Assembly (NCBI GenBank): GCA_944388545.1
Contig: CALXJE010000011.1
Location: forward strand, 1-51,696
Direction: 5' to 3'
From: an uncultured Clostridia bacterium
GTDB taxonomy: Bacteria; Bacillota; Clostridia; TANB77; CAG-465
DNA: 51,696 nt
Shown here: piece after piece, positions 8,701 to 18,988 of the stretch
How the letters are laid out: each line of letters begins with the position of its first letter
Numbering within the stretch: position 1 is the stretch's first letter
Position numbers and translations under genes: made by a program
The notes under the pieces: model-generated
The model's database searches: none
What the model was told of the DNA's origin: nothing
The model's input: only the letters and a program-made list of their open reading frames with translations

Positions 8701-11282
8701 TAAACAGAACCTCTTCTACTAATATAGGATTTTCACTTCTTGCCGTTATAAATGCATACGACTTAAAATTTATTGATATAAAAAGTACTATAGAAAGATT
8801 AAACAATTCATTAAATACTATAGATAAACTTGAAAAGTGGAATGGTCATCTACTTAATTGGTATAATATACGTACGTTGGAACCATTAAAACCTATGTTT
8901 ATTTCAACAGTAGATAGTGGAAATTTTGTTGTTGCTATATATGTTGTAAAAGAATTTTTAGAAGAAATATATAAAAAAGAAAAGCTAGAAAAAGATGTAT
9001 TAAATGTCATAGTTAATTTGATAGATAAATGTACAAATATAATAGATAATACTGATTTTACAAAACTTTATGATGAGTCAAGAAATATATTTTCTATAGG
9101 TTTTGATTTAGATAAAAATGAAAAAGTCAAAAGTTATTATGATATACTTATGTCAGAGTCTAGACTTACAAGTCTTATTGCTATAGCGTCAAGACAGGTA
9201 ACTTCTAAACATTGGTTCTCACTTGCTAGAAATTTAGTAAAAGTAGATAGATATAAAGGGCTTCTTTCATGGAGTGGTACATCATTTGAATATTTTATGC
9301 CTAATTTATTCACAAAATCATATGAACATACTCTTATAGATGAAGCATTATTCTTTTCTATATATAGCCAAATAAAATACGGAAAAATAGCAGGACTTCC
9401 TTGGGGAATTTCAGAGTCTGCATTTGCAATGCAAGATAGTATGTTAAATTATCAATATAAAGCATTTGGAGTACCTTGGCTTGGACTTAAAAGAGGCCTG
9501 AATGATAGTATGGTAGTATCTCCATATTCATCAATTATGTGTATAACATATGCTCCAAGAAAAGTATATAATAACTTAATTGAGTTAAAAAAATATAATG
9601 CTTATTCTACATATGGGTTCTATGAATCTATTGATTTTACTAAAGCACATATTCATAAAGGGAAAAAATATGAGACTATAAGAACATACTTTGCACATCA
9701 TCAAGGGATGATACTTACAGCACTTAATAATTATCTAAATAACAATATAATTCAAAAAAGATTTCATAGTAACCCAGACATAAAAGCTGCAGAAATATTA
9801 CTAAAAGAAAGAGTTCCTATGGGTGTTGCTATAAAAGAAAATATATATAGTAAATATAATAAGTTTACTGAAACGTCTATTGATGAATATACAAGTCATA
9901 TAACATATATTACTAAGGAAATGTTAGAAAGTGGAAATCATAGAAACATTAATATTCAAACTAATGGTAATATGAATGTTATAACTTTAGATACAGGCGA
10001 AAACTTTATGTATTATAATAATTATGCAATAACAAAAAATAGATATACCGATAGAAAAGTATTTAATGGTAATACTGTTGTATTTACAGATAAGAGTACA
10101 GGAAAAGTATGGTCTGGATGCTACGATCCAAATTATATAAAACCAGATAATTATGGAGTATTATTTAATTTAGCAAGTTCAGATTTTTATAGAAAAGATG
10201 GAGATATAGAGACGTTTTGTAGAATTCATGTTGCACCAGAATATAACGCAGAAATAAGAAAATATACTTTAATAAATCATACAAAAGAAAGAAAAGAAAT
10301 AGTAATAAATACAAATATTGATCTTGCAATGTGTGAGCAAGCAGCAAATGTTGTGCATCCAGCATTTAATAATTTGAAAATAGAAGAGTTTTATGATGAT
10401 GATTTAGATATGTTAGTTGCAAAAAGAAGAACCAAAAGTGATAAATCTGGTGAATTATACGTGTATGCTAAATTGGTAGGAATTGATTTAAGTATAGAAG
10501 CAGAAACGGAAAAAACAAAATTAAACAATTTAGAGAGCAATAAAGCATATTCAGGTAAGATATCTAATTATCCTATTGTTCCAGTTATATCATATAGGGC
10601 AAGGATTCTACTTGACCCTAATGAAAGGCAATCATTTTATTATATAGTTGGCGCATCAGAAAATAAATATGGAGTATCACACGCTATTATTAATTTGGAT
10701 GAAACAGGAATAGAAGATTCATATAATTTTGCTATACAAAAAGAAAATGTATCTGCAAGATACTTAAAATTAGAACAAGGTATGGCTAAGGCATATAACA
10801 AAATAATTTATGATGTACTATTTGAAAAAACAAATAAAAATAACTATATAAATAGTTATTGGGATAAAAATCTTAGTCAATCTATGTTGTGGAAATTCTC
10901 TATTTCAGGAGATCTTCCTATAATTCAAGTGCCTATAGGTAAAATAGAAGATACATCTTTATTAAATGAAATTGTTAATTTTATGGATTATACAAAATAT
11001 AGAAAGATTGACCTAGATATTGTTTTAATAGTTGATGAAGATTTATCTACAGGTGAACCTATAAAAAATCATATAAATAAATATTTGGAAAATGTTGTGT
11101 ATATGTCATATACAAGGGGCAACATATATGTTGTAAATATTCAAAATATGACAGAGGATGAAATAGCGTTATTTAACTTTTTATCAAAACGCGTTATAAA
11201 TAGTATTGACGAACTAAAAGCAGATTTATCTGAAGAAGAGATAAATGAAGCTAATGTAAATGAGGTAGATGATTATGAATAA
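5730..11282 (+). CDS. Cyclic beta-1,2-glucan synthase-like membrane protein (GT84 glycosyltransferase, TM segments, glucoamylase-like transglycosylase domain, GH94 beta-sandwich)
   Basis: WILDNMYII, GWERKRGAL, SHDLLEG, RNHRWCRGDMQ, RTSSTNIG, GHLLNWY, SWSGTSFEYFMP, PWGISES, AHHQGM motifs of Cgs/NdvB/ChvB. Confidence 0.88.
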   Translation: MQDYILPIYLETKKNYKTIKLTYELLNSITMLKIPTHSAGQWILDNMYIIEQEYTVALEDLKNMKENSLPYVKPNDSQKQLRVYFMANEIVEKNNGIVTDGIVSNYVKDFQKHSYITFAELSFLPLMIKCSLIKFIRRICINIFNAEMQKLKVEKRVNKSISNNAKLVTNKMDKLVAKMKIDLTQTMGIKTSNTAYIEYLAFKLKDMGRQGEQFFNELKEETTKIGFTVDEAIEKEHNEVTTTTRLIGNSISSLKTVSSTNWGEVIVAINKIDETLKRDYTKEYSKCDFKTKNRYRKNIIKLARKYKLSEMYVAKKAVECSEEYKKHVGHFLIGNDKKVLIKSMGKNATGIIIKEKIVEPLKPFVFILTINIIAFILAYIIDFYFIEHYAVGYRIVIGILSFILGLEIADKIISYIVGKVVRPKVLPRFNFAKTIDKEYSTIIAMPSVINSIEKLDKMIEKMEVTYLANRSENMYYMLLGDCTTNKKNKHIALDDEIVRIGKEKIEQLNKKYPSEHKLFNFLYRKRVYSKGEEAYMGWERKRGALSHLNKLLLGRLTEQEKEKYMYLAHNDIPDVKYLITVDEDTSLSLNSAKELVAIISHPLNKPVLSKDGRRVVSGYGLIQPAVGLDIESANRSIFSKVFGGFGGLDIYTNAISNLYQDVFKEAIFTGKGIYSIELFEQLLGETMPENLILSHDLLEGSYMRTGLASDVEVQDGFPHNFIAYMKRNHRWCRGDMQIIKWLISPKSPLNLLSKWKIFDNLRRESLDIFALLLIIVTMFIPGTSLVYTCIFVFVVVNFGHILSTIDNIILGKNAERKQKQYIPVIYGIRANLLKMVFNFITLPYSAWITLSAHFTSLYRMLISKKHLLEWTTAETIEASAKEKLSYVYRNMWANTVFGLILIAYSLFNDFIFVKEKSTFIFGIFFLIAPLAGYIMSKKTLFKAEKELTDKEDEEIKNIAYDTWKYFDNTMIQINNYLAPDNIQENRRPKIVNRTSSTNIGFSLLAVINAYDLKFIDIKSTIERLNNSLNTIDKLEKWNGHLLNWYNIRTLEPLKPMFISTVDSGNFVVAIYVVKEFLEEIYKKEKLEKDVLNVIVNLIDKCTNIIDNTDFTKLYDESRNIFSIGFDLDKNEKVKSYYDILMSESRLTSLIAIASRQVTSKHWFSLARNLVKVDRYKGLLSWSGTSFEYFMPNLFTKSYEHTLIDEALFFSIYSQIKYGKIAGLPWGISESAFAMQDSMLNYQYKAFGVPWLGLKRGLNDSMVVSPYSSIMCITYAPRKVYNNLIELKKYNAYSTYGFYESIDFTKAHIHKGKKYETIRTYFAHHQGMILTALNNYLNNNIIQKRFHSNPDIKAAEILLKERVPMGVAIKENIYSKYNKFTETSIDEYTSHITYITKEMLESGNHRNINIQTNGNMNVITLDTGENFMYYNNYAITKNRYTDRKVFNGNTVVFTDKSTGKVWSGCYDPNYIKPDNYGVLFNLASSDFYRKDGDIETFCRIHVAPEYNAEIRKYTLINHTKERKEIVINTNIDLAMCEQAANVVHPAFNNLKIEEFYDDDLDMLVAKRRTKSDKSGELYVYAKLVGIDLSIEAETEKTKLNNLESNKAYSGKISNYPIVPVISYRARILLDPNERQSFYYIVGASENKYGVSHAIINLDETGIEDSYNFAIQKENVSARYLKLEQGMAKAYNKIIYDVLFEKTNKNNYINSYWDKNLSQSMLWKFSISGDLPIIQVPIGKIEDTSLLNEIVNFMDYTKYRKIDLDIVLIVDEDLSTGEPIKNHINKYLENVVYMSYTRGNIYVVNIQNMTEDEIALFNFLSKRVINSIDELKADLSEEEINEANVNEVDDYE

Positions 11283-13305
11283 TGAAACTATAGCGTTTAA
11301 TAGTTATGGAGGGTTCAGTAAAGATGGCAAGGAGTATAATATTTATAATATTGATACTCCAGCGCCATGGTGTAATATACTTGCAAATGAAAGATTTGGA
11401 ACCTTAATTTCTAATTATGGAACTGTATATAGTTATTACAAAAATAGTAGTGAATACAAACTTACTAATTGGTGTAATGATTTTGCAAACTTTATACCAG
11501 GTGAGACTTTTACTGGAATTTTTGATGAGGGATATAACGTTACTTATGGATTTGGATATGTAAATATTTCTCAAGAAGATGACGGAATAGAAAAATATAT
11601 GAGTATTTTTGTACCTCTTAACGATGATTTAAAAATTCATAAATTAAAAATTTTGAATAAAGGAGATTTTAAGAAAACTATAGATATTGAATATTCATTA
11701 GATATGGTGCTTGGAGTTGCAAAAGAAATGACAGATTCATTTATATTATGCAGAAAAGAAAATTCAAGGTTAGAGTTTAAAAATCCATACAGTCAATATT
11801 TTTCAAATATTATTTCTTATCTTAAAGTTAATAGTTTAGAAAGCAACATTAATGTAGAATATGATGAAGCTAAGTATAAAGTTAAGATAGAAATAACTTT
11901 AAAACCAAACGAAGAAATAAATTTTGCTATATTATTTGGTAGCACTACTAAATATGAAAATATAGATAAAGTTATAAATAAATATAATAATATAGAATCA
12001 ATAAATTCAGAACAAGAAGCTACTTTAGATTATTGGAAAAAGAAAGTAGTAAAAAATTTTGATACAGGCGACAAATATATAGATATAATGGCAAATGGTT
12101 GGTTATTATATCAAACAATAGCGTCTAGACTTTTTTCAAGAACTGGATTTTATCAAGCAGGAGGAGCATTTGGGTTTAGAGATCAACTCCAAGATTCTAT
12201 GGCACTTATAAGATCATGGCCTGAATTTACAAGAAAACAAATATTAAAACATGCATCTAAGCAATTCCAAAAAGGAGATGTGCTTCATTGGTGGCATGAA
12301 CATAATAATGCTGGTATCAAAACATACTTTAGTGATGACTATTTATGGCTTGCATATGTTACAGCAGAATACGTTAATTTAACTAATGACGCATCGATAT
12401 TAAACGAAAAAGTTCCATTTCTTCAAGATGTAGATATGGGAGATAAACGTGAAATATATGATGTATTTCACGAATCTGACGACATAGGAACAGTATATGA
12501 ACATTGCATTAGAGCTATAAAGTACGGATTATCTCGAAAAGGAAGAAACAATTTACTTGAAATTGGTGATGGGGATTGGAATGATAGTTTTAGCTCTATA
12601 AGAGGTGAATCAGTTTGGCTAACATTTTTTATGATGGATATTCTAGAAAAATTCGCCAAAATATCTGAATTAATGTTAGACGAAGTAGATAAAATGCATT
12701 TTTATAGTGAAAGGCATATGTTAAAACATGCAATATTTAATGTGGCATTTGATGGTAATTATTTTGCAAGAGCTTTTTATGAAAACGGAGAACCTCTTGG
12801 AACTAAGGATAGTAAAGACTGCAAAATAGATTTAATATCACAGGCTTGGGCTGCAATAGCATTAAAAAATTATCCGGATTGTAAAGAAGAAATTAAATCA
12901 GCGCTAAATTATGCTGAAAAATATTTAGTAGATAGAGATAATAAAATAGTTAAGTTATTATATCCTCCATTTGATAATCCAGAAAATAATCCTGGATATA
13001 TAAAAGAATATATTCCAGGTGTCAGGGAAAACGGAGGGCAGTATACACATGGTGCTATTTGGCTTGCAAAAGCATATTTTGAACTTAAAGAAAAAGATAA
13101 AGCAATGGATATATTAAAACTCCTTATGCCTATATATCATTCTGATAATAAGAAAATAGCAGATATTTATAAAGTAGAACCATATGTAATAGCTGCGGAT
13201 GTATATTCAAATATAGATCATTTGGGTAGAGGTGGATGGACTTGGTATACTGGTTCTGCAGCTTGGATGTATAAGGTTATAGAAGATAATTTTGATCAAA
13301 ACTAG
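11275..13305 (+). CDS. GH94 glycoside phosphorylase, corresponding to the C-terminal part of Cgs/NdvB
   Basis: TPAPWCNILAN, YQAGGAFGFRDQLQD, GDWND, GVRENGGQYTH, GRGGWTWYTGSAAW; RBS GAGGT 8 nt before ATG 11275. Confidence 0.88.
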   Translation: MNNETIAFNSYGGFSKDGKEYNIYNIDTPAPWCNILANERFGTLISNYGTVYSYYKNSSEYKLTNWCNDFANFIPGETFTGIFDEGYNVTYGFGYVNISQEDDGIEKYMSIFVPLNDDLKIHKLKILNKGDFKKTIDIEYSLDMVLGVAKEMTDSFILCRKENSRLEFKNPYSQYFSNIISYLKVNSLESNINVEYDEAKYKVKIEITLKPNEEINFAILFGSTTKYENIDKVINKYNNIESINSEQEATLDYWKKKVVKNFDTGDKYIDIMANGWLLYQTIASRLFSRTGFYQAGGAFGFRDQLQDSMALIRSWPEFTRKQILKHASKQFQKGDVLHWWHEHNNAGIKTYFSDDYLWLAYVTAEYVNLTNDASILNEKVPFLQDVDMGDKREIYDVFHESDDIGTVYEHCIRAIKYGLSRKGRNNLLEIGDGDWNDSFSSIRGESVWLTFFMMDILEKFAKISELMLDEVDKMHFYSERHMLKHAIFNVAFDGNYFARAFYENGEPLGTKDSKDCKIDLISQAWAAIALKNYPDCKEEIKSALNYAEKYLVDRDNKIVKLLYPPFDNPENNPGYIKEYIPGVRENGGQYTHGAIWLAKAYFELKEKDKAMDILKLLMPIYHSDNKKIADIYKVEPYVIAADVYSNIDHLGRGGWTWYTGSAAWMYKVIEDNFDQN

Positions 13306-13488
13306 TAGGATACATATGTTACTTTCATACATTAATTTTAAATATTAGTACTACTATTGTAGTACTTTTTCTTGACCTAATTTTGATATACATAAAAATG
13401 GTAAATATTGCTGTTTTTCTTGCAAAATACTGTTTTTGTGATATAATTAAATAGTTAAATTTTATTATTCAAAATGGAGGAATAAACA

Positions 13489-14772
13489 ATGAGTGTTAAA
13501 GTAGAAAAATTAGAAAATTCAAAAATAACTATGGATTTTAAAGTTGCAAAAGAAGATTTTAATAAAGCATTAGATGAAGCTTTTGCTAAAAATGCCAAAA
13601 ATTTTAAAATACCAGGATTTAGAAATGGTAAAGTACCTAGAAATGTAATTGAAAAAACTTATGGTGAAGGAATACTTTATGATGAAGCTTTTAATATAAT
13701 AGCTGAAAAAGAATACGATGAAGCTATAAAAGCTAATGATTTATTTGTAGTATCAAGGCCAGAAGTAGATATTAAAGAAATAGGAAAAGATAAGGATTTA
13801 GAGTTCACAATAACAGTATATGTTAAACCTGAAGTTGAAATAAAAGATTATAAAGGAATAGAAATAGAAAAAGTATCTGAAGAAGTAACAGATGAAGACT
13901 TAAATAAAGAATTAGAAAATATTCAAGACAAAAATGCAAGAATTATAACTGTTGAAGACGGAGAAGTAAAAAATAAAGATATTGCTGTTATAGATTTTGA
14001 GGGATTTTTAGATGGAAAGCCATTTGATGGTGGAAAGGCTGAAAAATATGAACTTGAAATTGGAAGTGGAAGTTTTATACCAGGATTTGAAGAACAAATA
14101 ATTGGAATGAAAGTAGGAGAAGAAAAAGATATAACTACTAAATTCCCTGATGAATATCATAGTACAGAACTTGCAGGTAAAGAAACTGTTTTTAAAATAA
14201 AATTACATAAAATTAAAAGAAAAGAATTACCAAAATTAGATGATGAATTTGCAAAAGATATATCAGAATTTGATACTTTTGAAGAATATAAAAATAGTGT
14301 TAAAGAGAGATTAATTGAATCTAAAAAGAATATGGCAAAAGCTGAAAGAGAAAGTAAAGTAATAGAAAAATTGGCAGAAAAAGTTGATGTTAATATTCCA
14401 GAATCAATGGTTGAACTTGAAATAGATTCTATGATTAAAAATTTTGAAGGAAATTTAGCATATCAAGGAATATCATTAGAACAATATATGAAAATGATAA
14501 ATACTGATATGAATGGATTGAGAGATCAATTTAAAGATAATGCAATAAAAGATATTAAAATTAAACTTGCTATGGAAAGTGTTGCAAAGCAAGAAAAAGT
14601 TGAAGCTACAGATGAAGAAATAGATAACAAAATTGATGAGCTATCTGCACAATACGGAGATGGTTCTACAGATTCTTTAAAATCAAATGAGAATGCAAGA
14701 CAATATATGGCAGAAAGAATTAAAGAAGAAAAATTATTAGGAATATTAGTTAAAAACGTAATAGAAAAATAA
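13489..14772 (+). CDS. tig: Trigger factor
   Basis: [10 protein letters not shown] ribosome-binding motif, FKBP domain ([12 protein letters not shown]); tig-clpP-clpX order. Confidence 0.97.
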   Translation: MSVKVEKLENSKITMDFKVAKEDFNKALDEAFAKNAKNFKIPGFRNGKVPRNVIEKTYGEGILYDEAFNIIAEKEYDEAIKANDLFVVSRPEVDIKEIGKDKDLEFTITVYVKPEVEIKDYKGIEIEKVSEEVTDEDLNKELENIQDKNARIITVEDGEVKNKDIAVIDFEGFLDGKPFDGGKAEKYELEIGSGSFIPGFEEQIIGMKVGEEKDITTKFPDEYHSTELAGKETVFKIKLHKIKRKELPKLDDEFAKDISEFDTFEEYKNSVKERLIESKKNMAKAERESKVIEKLAEKVDVNIPESMVELEIDSMIKNFEGNLAYQGISLEQYMKMINTDMNGLRDQFKDNAIKDIKIKLAMESVAKQEKVEATDEEIDNKIDELSAQYGDGSTDSLKSNENARQYMAERIKEEKLLGILVKNVIEK

Positions 14773-14797
14773 TAAATTTATAAGGAGGTTTTTTATA

Positions 14798-15394
14798 ATG
14801 AAAAATAGTTTAGTGCCAATGGTTATAGAACAAACCAGTAAAGGAGAAAGATCTTATGATATCTTTTCTAGACTTTTAAAAGAAAGAATAATATTTTTAG
14901 GAGAAGAAGTTAATGATGCATCTGCATCTCTTGTAGTTGCTCAATTATTATTCCTAGATGCTGAAGATCCAGGTAAAGATATATTTTTATATATAAATAG
15001 TCCTGGTGGAAGTGTTACAGCTGGAATGGCTATATATGATACAATGCAATATATTAAATCAGACGTATCTACTATATGTACAGGAATGGCAGCTAGTATG
15101 GGAGCTTTTCTTCTTGCGGCTGGAAAAAAAGGAAAAAGATTTTCACTTCCTAATGCAACTATAATGATTCACCAGCCTTTAGGTGGTGTTCAAGGGCAAG
15201 CTAGTGATATTAAAATTCATACAGAATATTTATTAAAGATTAAAGAAAAATTAAATAAAATATTAAGTGAAAATACTGGTAAACCTTTAGAACAAGTAGA
15301 AAAAGATACAGATAGAGACAATTTTTTATCAGCAGAAGAAGCAAAGGAATACGGACTTATTGATGAAGTAATGAAAAGTATAAATGAATTATAA
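14798..15394 (+). CDS. clpP: ATP-dependent Clp protease proteolytic subunit
   Basis: [37 protein letters not shown]. Confidence 0.98.
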   Translation: MKNSLVPMVIEQTSKGERSYDIFSRLLKERIIFLGEEVNDASASLVVAQLLFLDAEDPGKDIFLYINSPGGSVTAGMAIYDTMQYIKSDVSTICTGMAASMGAFLLAAGKKGKRFSLPNATIMIHQPLGGVQGQASDIKIHTEYLLKIKEKLNKILSENTGKPLEQVEKDTDRDNFLSAEEAKEYGLIDEVMKSINEL

Positions 15395-15412
15395 GGAGAA
15401 AGTATAAAGATT

Positions 15413-16684
15413 ATGCCAAAGAAAAAAAATACAGATTATGATGTTTTCTGTTCATTTTGTGGTAGATATAAAGATGAAGTTAGTAAAATAATAGCAGGAC
15501 CTAATGGAATATTTATTTGTGATGAATGCATTGATACTTGTAATCGTATTATATTAGAAGATATCATAGAAAATGATGAAAGACTAAATGATATAGAAGC
15601 AAAAGTAATTGAAAATACTGAAATACCTTCACCAGAACATATTAATAAAATATTAGATGAATATGTTATAGGTCAAAATGAAGCTAAGAAAGTTTTGTCA
15701 GTAGCAGTATACAATCATTATAAAAGAATAAAAAATATGGATAAAATTGATGATGTTGAACTTCAAAAAAGTAACATATTAATGATAGGTCCTACAGGAT
15801 CTGGAAAAACATTAATTGCTCAAACTCTGGCAAAAGTTCTTAGAGTACCTTTTGCAATAACTGATGCTACTACCTTAACGGAAGCTGGATATGTTGGTGA
15901 AGATGTAGAAAATATTTTACTTAGACTTATTCAAGCAGCTGATTATGATGTTTCAAAAGCAGAAAAAGGAATAATATATATAGATGAATTAGATAAAATA
16001 TCTAGAAAATCAGAAAATCCATCTATTACTAGAGATGTTAGTGGTGAAGGAGTTCAACAAGCTCTTCTTAAAATTATAGAAGGAACTGTAGCGAGTGTTC
16101 CTCCTACTGGTGGTAGAAAACATCCACAACAAGAATATATAAAAATAGATACATCTAATATATTATTTATATGTGGTGGTGCCTTTGAAGGATTAGAAAA
16201 AATAATAGAGTCTCGTAGTGGTGAAAAAATTATGGGATTTGGTGCAAAAGTAAAAGAAAAGAAAGAAATTGACTATGGAACAATATTTTCAGATGTTCTA
16301 CCACACGATATAATTAAATTTGGACTTATTCCAGAACTTGTGGGTAGACTTCCTATAATTACGTCATTAGGACAATTAGATAGAGAAGCATTTATTGATA
16401 TTCTTACTAAACCCAAAAATGCAATTATTAAGCAGTATAAAAAAATGTTTAAAATGGATGACGTTGAATTAGAATTTAAAAAGGATGCTATAGATGAGAT
16501 AGTTAATCTTGCAATAGAAAGGAAAACGGGTGCAAGAGGGCTTAGATCAATACTTGAGAAAGTTATGCTTACTGCAATGTATGAAGTACCTTCTAATAAA
16601 AATATCAAAAAATGTATTATAACAAAAGAAGTTGTTTCAAAAAATGCAAGACCAACATATGAAATGAAAAAGTCTACAAAATAG
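15413..16684 (+). CDS. clpX: ATP-dependent Clp protease ATP-binding subunit
   Basis: CSFC..ICDEC zinc finger, [22 protein letters not shown]. Confidence 0.98.
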   Translation: MPKKKNTDYDVFCSFCGRYKDEVSKIIAGPNGIFICDECIDTCNRIILEDIIENDERLNDIEAKVIENTEIPSPEHINKILDEYVIGQNEAKKVLSVAVYNHYKRIKNMDKIDDVELQKSNILMIGPTGSGKTLIAQTLAKVLRVPFAITDATTLTEAGYVGEDVENILLRLIQAADYDVSKAEKGIIYIDELDKISRKSENPSITRDVSGEGVQQALLKIIEGTVASVPPTGGRKHPQQEYIKIDTSNILFICGGAFEGLEKIIESRSGEKIMGFGAKVKEKKEIDYGTIFSDVLPHDIIKFGLIPELVGRLPIITSLGQLDREAFIDILTKPKNAIIKQYKKMFKMDDVELEFKKDAIDEIVNLAIERKTGARGLRSILEKVMLTAMYEVPSNKNIKKCIITKEVVSKNARPTYEMKKSTK

Positions 16685-16693
16685 TATATTTAG

Positions 16694-16730
16694 ATTTAGC
16701 AAATTATATAATAATTTGCTAAATTTTTTT
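16694..16730 (+). terminator. Intrinsic terminator after clpX
   Basis: ATTTAGCAAATTAT/ATAATTTGCTAAAT stem followed by T run. Confidence 0.75.
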
Positions 16731-16747
16731 ATATTTTAAAAATATTG

Positions 16748-16798
16748 TTGACAAACGTTTGTTTGCATATTATAATATCACTATAAGAACGCTTGTTC
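16748..16798 (+). promoter_or_regulatory. SigA promoter with LexA (SOS) boxes
   Basis: TTGACA(16748)-17 bp-TATAAT(16771); GAAC-GCTT-GTTC at 16787-16798 and degenerate AAAC-GTTT-GTTT at 16753-16764. Confidence 0.85.
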
Positions 16799-16816
16799 TT
16801 TTTAGGAGTGATAAAT

Positions 16817-17119
16817 ATGAAAAAAACAAAAGTATATAAAATAAACAGTAAAAAGATTGTTATTAATATTTTATTTTTATTAGTAATTTTTATAATATTT
16901 AATTTATTAACATCATCAATTTTAGGTAAAAAAGAAATTAAAACTACTGATATTGAAATTAAATCAGGAGATACATTATGGGGAATTTCTAAAAGTATAT
17001 GTGAAAAAGATTCTAGTTTAAATATACAAGAAGTTATTTATGATATAAAAGAAATAAATGATCTAGATAATAATAATATTGTAGAAGGAAATGTTTTATA
17101 TATTCCTATATATGAATAG
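16817..17119 (+). CDS. yneA: YneA-like SOS cell-division inhibitor (TM helix + LysM)
   Basis: N-terminal TM, IKSGDTLWGIS...IKEINDL LysM domain, SOS boxes upstream; ATG after AGGAGTG. Confidence 0.75.
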   Translation: MKKTKVYKINSKKIVINILFLLVIFIIFNLLTSSILGKKEIKTTDIEIKSGDTLWGISKSICEKDSSLNIQEVIYDIKEINDLDNNNIVEGNVLYIPIYE

Positions 17120-17174
17120 CTTATTATAACTTAATATTAAATTTAAAATATGAAAGAGCATATATAAAGTTCTT

Positions 17175-18140
17175 TCATATTTTTGTATTATTTAATGGGT
17201 TATTTTCTAAAGCATTTCTTACTTCTTCATTGTCTACATGAGTATAAATCTCCGTTGTAGATATTGATTCATGCCCTAATATTTGTTGTAGTGCTCTTAT
17301 ATCTACATTACCATGTTTATGCATAAGTGTTGCTGCTGTATGTCTTAGTTTATGCGGCGAATACTTATTTGAATCTAATCCAGCTTGAGTAATGTATTTT
17401 TTTACTGTTACTTCTACAGTTCGTCTTCCTATTCTTTTATTTCTGCTACTTAAAAATAAAGCATCTTTATCAATTACACCATCTACAGGTCTATCTTTTA
17501 AATAGTTTGAAATAGCATTTTTACAAGCATTATTTAAATAAATTGAACGTTCTTTGTTTCCTTTACCAATAACTGTTAAAATATCTCCTCTTATATTAGT
17601 AAGATTGATATTTACAAGTTCAGAAAGCCTAAGACCACAATTAAGGAATAATGTAATAATAGCATAGTCTCTAGTTTTATGTTTACCATCAATAGAGTGG
17701 AGTAGGGAACGAGCTTCATCTAAATTAAGATATTTTGGCATTCTTTTACCTAATTTCGGAGTTTCCAAATCTATAGTTGGATTTACAGACAATATTTTTT
17801 CTTTATTGCAAAGATAATTAAAAAATGATTTTATTGTCGCAATTTTTCTGGCTCTAGAAACTGGCTTAGAATTTAAATCATTTGACATATAATATAAATA
17901 ATTATAAAAATCTGTTAATGTTAAATTTTTTAAAAAATTAATATCAATATCTTTAATATCAATTTCTTCTAAATTGTCTGTTTTAATATTATATTTATCC
18001 CTTTTAATATATCTAAAAATATTTCTTAAATCATAATAATATTCTTTAATAGTTGAACTAGATCTATTTTTTATTGTTTGCATGTATATTAGGTAATTTT
18101 TCATGATAGTAGGCATATCATTGTAATCATCAGTATTCAT
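17175..18140 (-). CDS. xerC: Xer-family tyrosine recombinase (XerC/XerS-like)
   Basis: GLRLSEL, GKGNKER, HKLRHTAAT, LGHESISTTEIY catalytic R-K-H-R-H-Y set. Confidence 0.85.
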   Translation of the reverse strand: MNTDDYNDMPTIMKNYLIYMQTIKNRSSSTIKEYYYDLRNIFRYIKRDKYNIKTDNLEEIDIKDIDINFLKNLTLTDFYNYLYYMSNDLNSKPVSRARKIATIKSFFNYLCNKEKILSVNPTIDLETPKLGKRMPKYLNLDEARSLLHSIDGKHKTRDYAIITLFLNCGLRLSELVNINLTNIRGDILTVIGKGNKERSIYLNNACKNAISNYLKDRPVDGVIDKDALFLSSRNKRIGRRTVEVTVKKYITQAGLDSNKYSPHKLRHTAATLMHKHGNVDIRALQQILGHESISTTEIYTHVDNEEVRNALENNPLNNTKI

Positions 18141-18406
18141 ATAAAAATCCCTCCAAATTATGACGCTCTAAAATCGATTTTAAGACGTTTTTATTAATTA
18201 AGGTATATAGTAGGTATCCTAAAAAACAGCTTAAAAACTTAATTTATTAAAATTAAAAATAATTATGACAAAATGTAGTATAATAAACAAAATTATTAAT
18301 TTTATAAACTAATAAACAATTATTGTATATACTAAACAAAGCAAGCTATATTACAGTATTTATATAATATCAAATTTAAGTGCATTATGCAATAGTTATT
18401 ACCTTT

Positions 18407-18434
18407 ATTTCACAAAATTATTATTTTGCGCAAT
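18407..18434. other. Candidate dif chromosome-dimer resolution site
   Basis: ATTTCACAAAAT-TATT-ATTTTGCGCAAT, 10/12 inverted repeat reminiscent of difSL, upstream of the xer gene at the gene-orientation switch. Confidence 0.55.
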
Positions 18435-18704
18435 TATTATAATTTTTTATTTTAGGGCTACAGTTAAAACCCCCTACTTTATTATATATAAAATAAACAA
18501 TCTTTTTATATATTTGAATATACAATATTTTCAGATTTTCTATATCGTTATATTAACACTAAATATTTAATTTGTCAAGAAAATTAATCTATATTAATTT
18601 TAAAAAAAAAATTATTATTATCTATATTATGGAAACATTTATTTACTTTACATCCCAAAATTCTTTGAAAATAATAAATATAAACTTTATCTTTTTCTTT
18701 ATTA

Positions 18705-18930
18705 CTAAATAACAATAAATTCTTTTATATCTGGAAATTTATAACCAAATGTTAAAAAAGGAATTTTCACAAATGGTATTTTAAAAGTATGTTTTAAATA
18801 ATAAACATAATCCGCTAACTCTCGTATTTGTAAATCAATTCTATTATGACTTTGAGTAATAAAATATATATCTAATTTATAATGTCTACACATAGTAAGA
18901 TAATCTAATAACTCATTACCTACTGAACCG
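18705..18930 (-). pseudogene. Zot / filamentous-phage pI-like ATPase fragment
   Basis: ELLDYLTMCRHYKLDIYFITQSHNRIDLQIRELADY matches the RH...d+++TQ....D..+R.L segment of Zot-like ATPases; Walker A/B region absent. Confidence 0.65.
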
Positions 18931-18958
18931 ATAATTCGTTGTAAATAAAATAAAGATA

Positions 18959-18982
18959 GCCTCTCAGTATAAACTGAGAGGC
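18959..18982 (-). terminator. Terminator of the 157-aa ORF
   Basis: GCCTCTCAGT/ACTGAGAGGC perfect stem. Confidence 0.75.
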
Positions 18983-18988
18983 CTCATA

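Noticed and set aside
11262-11282. Programmed frameshift joining the two glucan genes
   Set aside because: The second gene has its own RBS and ATG, the first ends in an acidic tail, and there is no CGG or slippery site
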